25,187 nt of DNA from a virus (lineage: Duplodnaviria; Caudoviricetes), in the IMG/VR virus record IMGVR_UViG_3300024986_000174, positions 1 through 25,187 of that record, one strand, 5' to 3'. Below, one piece after another: positions 16,888 through 23,134 of this stretch. A model generated the notes under the pieces. It ran no database searches and was not told the DNA's origin. It was given only the letters and a program-made list of their open reading frames with translations. Position 1 is the stretch's first letter; the number at the start of each line of letters is the position of its first letter. The position numbers and the translations under genes are program-made.

Positions 16888-17762
16888 GGCTTCAGAGCCT
16901 CAAACTTTATCAATGCTTGCAAGCCAATTCGTCTACGCTCTTCCCAACTTTTATCACGCAAATATTCTCGAGGAGACAAGCCACCCAAATCCTCATTAGG
17001 CGCCCCATACCATCCCGTAATCTGATAATGCTTCAATCTTGGAATACTAACGATATTGGACGGATCATCAATCTCGCTACGCGAGAACCCGAACCTCTCC
17101 GCCCAGGTCTGCTCGACGATGTGATGGCCATCGTAGCCAGGCCTCTTGAGACCTACGCCCGCCCGAAGTTCTTCCAAGGTCCTCGGCTCGTCCCGCCCCG
17201 CTTGAATAAGATCGTGATAGTCATTCAACCAGGCAACATTATTCATGAACCCCGTGTAGACGTCCGCCGCGAGGCCCGCGTTCCTGCCTAGCCAGCTTGC
17301 GGCAGCACGTAGGTAGTTTGTGCGCTCGCGGCTAGTTTGTGGCCGCTCTGTTGGAATTTCCGGTGGCTCACCCGAAGGCAGTTCAGGTCCATCACTCGTC
17401 GGAACATCTCCCGCGAGCTGCGTATAATCACTATTGTCCGTCACGTTTGGAGCAATCTGAAACAACGCAAAGAGATCAGCGAAATCCGGCAAGTCGCTAA
17501 GATCAATCGCTCCTAAGGGCGAGGCAGCATTTCCACCCGCACCACCGCTGCCGTCGGTCCAACGTCCGCTCTCACGCCCGCTGCCGGCGGGCACGCGCGG
17601 CTGGTCCGGATTGTATTTCTGGTCCAAGGACAGAAAGACTGCAAAAACATCGGAGTCGGGTTTGAGATAGCGCGCGGCATCCGGTTTGAGCCACCGCGTC
17701 GCATCCGGCCGCAGCCATCGCGCATGCTGATGACACAAATATGCAGTCTCGCGCACAGCCAT
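16884..17762 (-). CDS. Putative polymorphic toxin with HNH-like nuclease C-terminus
   Basis: Repeat leader plus KYNPDQPRVPAG...GRWTDG, a Pro/acidic linker, and C-terminal GYDGHHIVEQ...IDDPSNIVSIPRLKHYQI (H..N..H spacing). Followed by a coupled small gene. Confidence 0.72.
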   Translation of the reverse strand: MAVRETAYLCHQHARWLRPDATRWLKPDAARYLKPDSDVFAVFLSLDQKYNPDQPRVPAGSGRESGRWTDGSGGAGGNAASPLGAIDLSDLPDFADLFALFQIAPNVTDNSDYTQLAGDVPTSDGPELPSGEPPEIPTERPQTSRERTNYLRAAASWLGRNAGLAADVYTGFMNNVAWLNDYHDLIQAGRDEPRTLEELRAGVGLKRPGYDGHHIVEQTWAERFGFSRSEIDDPSNIVSIPRLKHYQITGWYGAPNEDLGGLSPREYLRDKSWEERRRIGLQALIKFEALKP

Positions 17763-17846
17763 GTGGCGAAGCTCCGGTAATCAAAAGTGTTGATTGGAAA
17801 ATTGCGCGACCTGCGCAGGCATTCTGTGTAGTGACGAACAGAAGGC

Positions 17847-17877
17847 GTGGATGGCCGGATCAAGTCCGGCCATCCAC
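17847..17877. repeat. Perfect 13-bp hairpin, family C half element
   Basis: GTGGATGGCCGGA-TCAAG-TCCGGCCATCCAC between the capsid and toxin genes. Confidence 0.8.
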
Positions 17878-17954
17878 TCTGTCTACAGGTTGCGCCGGCC
17901 TCTCCTGCGCCGCCATGAGCTGACGGGCAGAAGGCGCAACCGCGCAAGCCCCGC

Positions 17955-19220
17955 TCAGCTCGCCGCGAACTTGACCAGCTTGATGGCGTCGAAGTCCTGC
18001 ACGCCGCCGCCGACGCGCTTGGTAGTGTAGAACAGCACGTAGGGCTTAGCGGAATACGGATCCCGCAGCACCCGCACGCCGAGCCGATCGACGATCAGAT
18101 AGCCGCGCCTGAAGTCGCCGAACGCAATCGACAGCGAGTTGGCGCCGACATCCGGCATGTCCTCGGCCTCGACCAGCGGGAAGGTCATCAGCGAGGCGCG
18201 GCCGCCCGCCTGCGCCGGCGGCTGCCACAGATAGCCGCCGCCGGTGTCCTTGAATTTGCGGATCGTGCCTTGCGTCTTGCGGTTCATGACGAAGGTGCCG
18301 TTCTGCCGGTAGCCCGCCTTCAGCGCATAGATCAAGTCAACCAGCACGTCGGACGGATCGTCCTCGGGAAACGCGCCCGCGCTGCCGCTCGCAATATAGC
18401 CGAGCTTGCCCCAGACCCAGGAGCCGTTCGCCACCGTGTCGTAGCTGAGGAAGCCCTTGGGCTTGTTGCTGCCGTCACCGCTCACGAAAGCCGCGCCCTC
18501 CTGCACCGCGAAGGTGAGTTCGACCTCGGAGGCGATCCACTCGTCGATGTTCACCGCGCTGTCGTCGAGCAGCGTCGCGGTGGCCGCCGGCATGGCGTAA
18601 AGCTCCATCGCCGGGAAGCTCAAGGCATCGAGCGTCGGCGAGGTGGTCTGGCTGCGCGCATCGGTCTCGCCGACCCAGCCGGTGGCGGGGCCCGCGGTCA
18701 TGAACGGCTTCTTGTAGACGCCGCCGGAAATCTCGCGCACGCCGGCGATGGCGCGGATCGGCGAGATCGCGGCCAGACGCCGGCCGATCTCCTGCTCGAG
18801 CTCGCCCGGCACCAGATAGCCGCCGTCCGGATTGGAGCCGGCCGACATCGCCTTGGTCTCGATCGCCTTCAGGCCGGACGCCTCGCCGACGCGCACATAA
18901 GCGTCGAACGCGCTCTTGTGCTCGCGCGCGGCGCCGTCGATGGCGCGCGACGGTGCGCCGCCGAGCGAGGGCCGCGCCGATTTCAGCGCCAGCTCGTCGA
19001 TCCGCTTCATCTGCGTATCGAGCGCGGCGTTGATGCGATCGACCTTCTCCTCCAGCAGCACGTCGGCGCGGCGGCCGAGCGAATCCAGGCGCTCGTCGTT
19101 GGAGGATTTGAACTCCTCGAACGAGCGCATCAGTTCGTCATGGGCGTCGCGCCCGGTGGCGGAAATGCCGGCCTTCTGTTCCGGCGCATGGTCTTGAATC
19201 TCGATATCGGTGAAGCTCAT
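17955..19220 (-). CDS. HK97-fold major capsid protein (g5-like)
   Basis: Coiled-coil delta domain, then ETKAMSAGSNPDGGYLVP, QEGAAFVSGDGSNKPKGFL, FGDFRRGYLIVDR, RDPYSAKPYVLFYTTKRVGGGV; AGGAG RBS before MSFTD. Confidence 0.96.
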   Translation of the reverse strand: MSFTDIEIQDHAPEQKAGISATGRDAHDELMRSFEEFKSSNDERLDSLGRRADVLLEEKVDRINAALDTQMKRIDELALKSARPSLGGAPSRAIDGAAREHKSAFDAYVRVGEASGLKAIETKAMSAGSNPDGGYLVPGELEQEIGRRLAAISPIRAIAGVREISGGVYKKPFMTAGPATGWVGETDARSQTTSPTLDALSFPAMELYAMPAATATLLDDSAVNIDEWIASEVELTFAVQEGAAFVSGDGSNKPKGFLSYDTVANGSWVWGKLGYIASGSAGAFPEDDPSDVLVDLIYALKAGYRQNGTFVMNRKTQGTIRKFKDTGGGYLWQPPAQAGGRASLMTFPLVEAEDMPDVGANSLSIAFGDFRRGYLIVDRLGVRVLRDPYSAKPYVLFYTTKRVGGGVQDFDAIKLVKFAAS

Positions 19221-19251
19221 CAAAATCTCCTGGTTGAAGAGGGAAACAGAC

Positions 19252-19280
19252 AAACGAAAACGCCGCCCGAAGGGGCGGCG
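19252..19280 (-). terminator. Rho-independent terminator-like hairpin between the toxin cassette and the capsid gene
   Basis: Minus strand CGCCGCCC-CTTC-GGGCGGCG-TTTTCGTTT. Confidence 0.6.
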
Positions 19281-19366
19281 AAGACGGAATGCAGATGCTG
19301 GGATCGTCGTGCATAGAACGGCGTCAGCCGGACAAACTATTTCGCTGCGCAACAGCCCATGCTGTC

Positions 19367-19831
19367 TCATTCCTCCCTGGTGATCACCAGCCCCGGCACA
19401 TCGGCCAGCATCTTTTTGAGAGAGGCCATCAACGCATCGATTTCGGCTAGCGACGGCGGCGACTTTTCACGCTGTTGATAGAAACCGAGCGAAAATCCGA
19501 CCTTCGGCGCGACGATGTTCGAGTTTTTCGTACCTAAAAACTGGATATTGTCACGCGCGAGATATAAGAAAATTTCATCGGGATCAGGTGTTAGCTGCCT
19601 GATGTTCAAATCGAAACGGTGCTGGTCGGCAAAATGCCTGACCTGTTGCACAAAATGATCTCGCTCACTGCGATCCATTTGAACATAGAGCAAACGGATC
19701 GGCGATGACCCTTCCGAGTGATCAACCATGGGTCTTCGCTCCCAAGACCACATGGCGATCGCCAAGGCAACAGCCGGCAACCACAGCAGAACGAGAAGCC
19801 CGCGTCGAGTCCACGAAACTTTTCCGCCCAT
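19367..19831 (-). CDS. Putative immunity protein, possibly membrane-anchored (alternative start 19729)
   Basis: Directly downstream of and overlapping the second leader-bearing ORF. From ATG 19831 it has a basic stretch plus TM (RRGLLVLLWLPAVALAIAMW); from ATG 19729 (GGAG upstream) it is a 120-aa soluble protein. AT-richer than the GTA genes. Confidence 0.6.
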   Translation of the reverse strand: MGGKVSWTRRGLLVLLWLPAVALAIAMWSWERRPMVDHSEGSSPIRLLYVQMDRSERDHFVQQVRHFADQHRFDLNIRQLTPDPDEIFLYLARDNIQFLGTKNSNIVAPKVGFSLGFYQQREKSPPSLAEIDALMASLKKMLADVPGLVITREE

Positions 19832-20489
19832 GATGCCGTTCGATGTTGGCGCGCATCTGCCGATCCAAGCCATCGAAAATGCCCGGACCGAAGACCTGAT
19901 TGATCCCATTCATTCCAGGCTCGACATTATTGCCGATACCACGCGTTGTCACCTGCCACGCACCGTCAATCGTTTGCGTGGCACGACGCTCGACCATTCC
20001 ATCGTAAAACATATGTCCCGGTAACGTACGGTTTATGACAGTCAATCCATTATCTAATACTTCTGTCCGGATGCTGCCGACATAGACATCCGTATCGGGA
20101 ATATAGACTCTATATCTTTCATCATGCTCGACAGGCATCGATGCACTCCTGCCCGGCACTGAAAACCTTGCAAGATGATCCGCAATTTCATCGGCCGAGC
20201 AGCGCAAACTCGCCGGACACACCATGTTCTCACCCTGATAGTCGTGCCAGCCCGGCCGGTCAGGGCTGAACTCCTCGCTTTGCGACGCACCGGAGGGCGC
20301 GTCGGAACTCCCGCCGCCATCCGTCCACCTGCCGCGTTCGTCGCGCGGCTGATCGGGACTGTATTTCAGTTCATCCGGATGCGGCAGCCTCAGCCACCGT
20401 GCGGCGTCCGGGCGAATCCAGCGGCCAGCATCCGGCCGCGTGAAGCGCGAGCGCTGACGCGCGTCGAAAACATCACCGCTGAGGATCAT
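19722..20489 (-). CDS. Putative polymorphic toxin with uncharacterised C-terminal domain
   Basis: ATGA-coupled to the prohead protease stop with GGAGG RBS. Same repeat leader and KYSPDQPRDERGRWTDG motif as 16884-17762; unrelated C-terminus (NRTLPGHMFYDGMVER...TRGIGNN). Confidence 0.68.
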   Translation of the reverse strand: MILSGDVFDARQRSRFTRPDAGRWIRPDAARWLRLPHPDELKYSPDQPRDERGRWTDGGGSSDAPSGASQSEEFSPDRPGWHDYQGENMVCPASLRCSADEIADHLARFSVPGRSASMPVEHDERYRVYIPDTDVYVGSIRTEVLDNGLTVINRTLPGHMFYDGMVERRATQTIDGAWQVTTRGIGNNVEPGMNGINQVFGPGIFDGLDRQMRANIERHHGRKSFVDSTRASRSAVVAGCCLGDRHVVLGAKTHG

Positions 20490-21001
20490 CGGCGCGCCTC
20501 CATGACCTGATTGATAGCTTGATGGCGGCGCGAGGGTCGCGGTACGCCTTTCACCGCCCGCACCCGCGCGCCGGCGAGCAACGGGAAGGTGACGATCGAG
20601 ACTTCCCACAGGTCCACCTGATAAAGCCTGCGCACCCGCGTCTTCGGATCGATCCGGCCGCGCACGGTGCGATAGCCGATCGACAGGCCGTCGATCGCGC
20701 CCTGCTCCACCAGCGCGAACAGTTCGCGGCCGCGCGCGACCTCGGGGATCAAACGTCCCCGCGCCCACAGCCCGCGAAAATCCTCGTGCAGATCGAGCCA
20801 GATGCCGACCGGCTCGGCGGGATCGTGCTGAAACAGCATCGGGATGCGGCGCAGGCCGCGGCTCTGCAGCGTCTGCGTGAACGCACCGGGCATCACCATG
20901 TCGCGCGCCTGGTCGATCTCGCCGAACAGGCTGGCATAACCTTCGACGGTGCCGTCGCCGGCCAGCGTGAGACGGGAGGTCGACGGAATCGGCGCGTGCA
21001 T
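20486..21001 (-). CDS. HK97-family prohead protease (g4-like)
   Basis: EGYASLFGEID, PMLFQHDPAEPVGIW (His), DGLSIGY (Ser), LWEVSIVTFP. Confidence 0.95.
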   Translation of the reverse strand: MHAPIPSTSRLTLAGDGTVEGYASLFGEIDQARDMVMPGAFTQTLQSRGLRRIPMLFQHDPAEPVGIWLDLHEDFRGLWARGRLIPEVARGRELFALVEQGAIDGLSIGYRTVRGRIDPKTRVRRLYQVDLWEVSIVTFPLLAGARVRAVKGVPRPSRRHQAINQVMEARR

Positions 21002-21071
21002 GGGCGTTCCTCGCGAATGGCGCGTGGCTGAAAGAGCGAATGTTTTGGAAAGGCTGCTTTTGGAAAACAGT

Positions 21072-21189
21072 GTCGTCCCGGCGCATACCGGGACCCATCA
21101 TCACCAAACACAGTTACGCAACATGCGGTGCGAACACCGCAGCCGACGAAAATCCAGGGAGTCTGGGTCCCGGCATGCGCCGGGACGAC
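21072..21189. repeat. RIME/MITE-like palindromic element, family D
   Basis: GTCGTCCCGGCGCATACCGGGACCCA ... TGGGTCCCGGCATGCGCCGGGACGAC terminal inverted repeats, each itself a hairpin. Confidence 0.85.
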
Positions 21190-21197
21190 CTCGTGGA

Positions 21198-21392
21198 TCA
21201 GGTCGTCTTCCCGCGCCTTGCCGGCTTGCGCCGCGCCGGCTTGGCCCGCGTGGGTTTGGCGGCAGGGGTGCGCGCGGCTTTCTCCAGATGCGCGAGGAAT
21301 TCGCGGAACACGGTGAGATGCTGCGGTTTCGATTTACTCTCGCCGCTGATCGCGCGCAGCACGGTGTGCAATGTATCCATGGTGGTCCTCAT
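21198..21392 (-). CDS. Small basic protein with Lys/Arg/Pro/Ala tail
   Basis: MRTTMDTLHTVLRAI...FREFLAHLEK...KPTRAKPARRKPARRGKTT. ATGA overlap with the upstream ORF; alternative start at 21380. Confidence 0.6.
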   Translation of the reverse strand: MRTTMDTLHTVLRAISGESKSKPQHLTVFREFLAHLEKAARTPAAKPTRAKPARRKPARRGKTT

Positions 21393-21592
21393 TCGGAGCG
21401 GCGCGCGCCGTTGCGGCGGGCGCGGCGGTTGAACTGCGCAAGCTCGCGCACGAAATCGTCGAAACGCCGCGTCGTGGCGGCGTATTCGCGCAGCGTCAGC
21501 AGGAATGCGCCGCTCGCCGCGCTCGCCCACAGGAACAGCGCCAGATGCGCAAGGTCGCCCCGCGCCGCGAAGGTGTTGATGAGGTCGGTCAT
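21389..21592 (-). CDS. Small membrane protein between portal and protease (position of RcGTA g3.5)
   Basis: 67 aa with a hydrophobic stretch (LAHLALFLWASAASGAFLLTL) and a basic amphipathic tail. Homology to g3.5 is not established. Confidence 0.6.
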   Translation of the reverse strand: MTDLINTFAARGDLAHLALFLWASAASGAFLLTLREYAATTRRFDDFVRELAQFNRRARRNGARRSE

Positions 21593-21617
21593 TAGTGCAT
21601 TCCGGATTTGGTGTCGG

Positions 21618-21808
21618 CCTCATCCTGAAGAGCGATCCGCAGGATCGCGTCTCGAAGGATAAGGCCCGAATATCTCAGCCTCATAAGCGCGTTCACGCGC
21701 GTCTTCACCGCGCTATGGTTCGAGACGGCGCTGACGCACCTCCTCACCATGAGGAACCCCTCACCCGGATCGCTTCGTTCGCCATCTCTCCCCTTGCGGG
21801 AGAGAGAA
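21618..21808. repeat. Family B element with internal insert, plus a family E half element
   Basis: CCTCATCCTGAAGAGC...GTCTCGAAGGATAAGG; CCTCAT[insert]GGTTCGAGACGGCGCTGACGCACCTCCTCACCATGAGG; then CCCCTCACCCGG...CTCTCCCCTTGCGGGAGAGAG. Confidence 0.8.
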
Positions 21809-21815
21809 AAGAGGA

Positions 21816-22988
21816 TCACCCCAGCCGATCACCACCGGCCACCGGTGCGTAACCTGTCGCCTCGCGCTTCTCGTTCAGCGTCAGGAACGGCGCCGATGCG
21901 ATACGCTCCCACAGTGCGGCGCGGTCGGCGGCGAGCCCATCAATCTTGTCGGTGTCGATGACAAGGCGCAGTTCCTCGCCGAATTGCGGCGCGAGCCATT
22001 GCGCCAGCGCCCCGCCGACGCGCGCGGCCAGCGGCAGAATGGTCTGCCGCCACAGCGCGCGATTGGCCTCCTGAAAATTGGCGTAGGTGTTATCGCCCGG
22101 AATGCCGAGCAGCATCGGCGGCACGCCGAAGGCGAGCGCGATCTCGCGGGCGGCGGCGTGCTTGGCTTCGAGAAAATCCATGTCCTTCGGCGTCAGCGAC
22201 ATCGCCTTCCAGTCGAGCCCGCCTTCGAGCAGCAGGGGCCGTCCCGCATTGGCCGCGCCCTGATAGGTGTCGGTGAGTTCGCGCTTGAGCCGATCGAACT
22301 GCTGGTCGGACAGCACCGCGCCGTCCGGCCCGGAATAGACCAGCGCGCCGGAGGGCCGCGCCGCGTTGTCGAGCAGCGCCTTGTTCCACTTCGCCGCGGC
22401 GTTGTGAGTATCGACCGCGACCGCCGCCGCTTCGATCGGCGCGCAGCCATAATGATCGTCGAGCGGGTGAAAGAAGGTGAGATGCAGAATCGGCGGCACC
22501 CGCGACTGGCTCTGCTCGAAACGCACGCTGCGTCCCGCCACCGCATAATCATAGGCGTCGGGCCAGCCGTCGCTGCCCGGCACCACCTTCATGCGGTCGG
22601 GCCGCAGCGCGTAAAGCTCGCGCACCTCGTCGTCGAGCGCGACGCCCTCGACATAGGCGTTGCCGGCGAGCAGCATCTGCGCATACAGCGTCTCGAAGAA
22701 ACTGGCGCCGTCCTGGCGCGGATTGGGCCGCGCGAGAAGCTGCAGCAGCGGATGCCGGTCGCGCTCCAGCGCGCCTTCATAAAGCAGAAAACTGCACGAG
22801 GCCGCGTTCTCCGCGATCAGCCGCACCGCGCGGTGCACGATGGCGTTGGCAAGATATCCCTCGCGCGCCAGCGCCGCATAGTCGCGCGGCGTCCAGCGCG
22901 CCCGCCCGCCGCTTTCGAACGCCAGTACCTTCGCCGTGCGCGAGGCTTTTGCTTCGGGGGCGGTGAAGAGGTTCTTGAGATTGAGCAT
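21816..22988 (-). CDS. HK97-family portal protein (g3-like)
   Basis: LLAGNAYVE, LYALRPDRM, WNKALLDNAARPSGAL, LLEGGLDWKAMSLTPKDMDF, IALAFGVPPMLLGIPGDNTYANFQEA, LTLNEKREATGY. Confidence 0.96.
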   Translation of the reverse strand: MLNLKNLFTAPEAKASRTAKVLAFESGGRARWTPRDYAALAREGYLANAIVHRAVRLIAENAASCSFLLYEGALERDRHPLLQLLARPNPRQDGASFFETLYAQMLLAGNAYVEGVALDDEVRELYALRPDRMKVVPGSDGWPDAYDYAVAGRSVRFEQSQSRVPPILHLTFFHPLDDHYGCAPIEAAAVAVDTHNAAAKWNKALLDNAARPSGALVYSGPDGAVLSDQQFDRLKRELTDTYQGAANAGRPLLLEGGLDWKAMSLTPKDMDFLEAKHAAAREIALAFGVPPMLLGIPGDNTYANFQEANRALWRQTILPLAARVGGALAQWLAPQFGEELRLVIDTDKIDGLAADRAALWERIASAPFLTLNEKREATGYAPVAGGDRLG

Positions 22989-23022
22989 GATCTTCCTTTC
23001 CGGCGGCACTCCGCAGCGCGAC

Positions 23023-23129
23023 CCTCATCCTGAGGAGCATCGTGCAGCGATGCGTCTCGAAGGATGAGGCCAAGATGCGCGAGAGCCTCATGGTTCGAGA
23101 CGGCGCTGACGCGCCTCCTCACCATGAGG
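23023..23129. repeat. Complete family B palindromic element
   Basis: CCTCATCCTGAGGAGCATCG...CGATGCGTCTCGAAGGATGAGG, spacer, CCTCATGGTTCGAGACGGCGC...GCGCCTCCTCACCATGAGG. Confidence 0.88.
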
Positions 23130-23134
23130 ACGCC

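Noticed and set aside
17779-17795. AATCAA-AAGTG-TTGATT inverted repeat upstream of toxin 1 as an FNR/FixK box
   Set aside because: The half-sites are in the reverse order and spacing from TTGAT-N4-ATCAA; no factor can be assigned.
19221-19370. 50-aa N-terminal extension of the capsid ORF
   Set aside because: It runs through a terminator-like hairpin; AGGAG precedes ATG 19220.
20490-21107. Toxin 2 frame stays open through the whole protease gene, hinting at a protease-toxin frameshift fusion
   Set aside because: That frame is often stop-free in high-GC genes, no slippery site is visible, and a GGAGG RBS with ATGA coupling explains a start at 20489.
10555-23129. Palindromic repeats as a CRISPR array
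   Set aside because: They are dispersed, not regularly spaced with unique spacers, and no cas genes are present.
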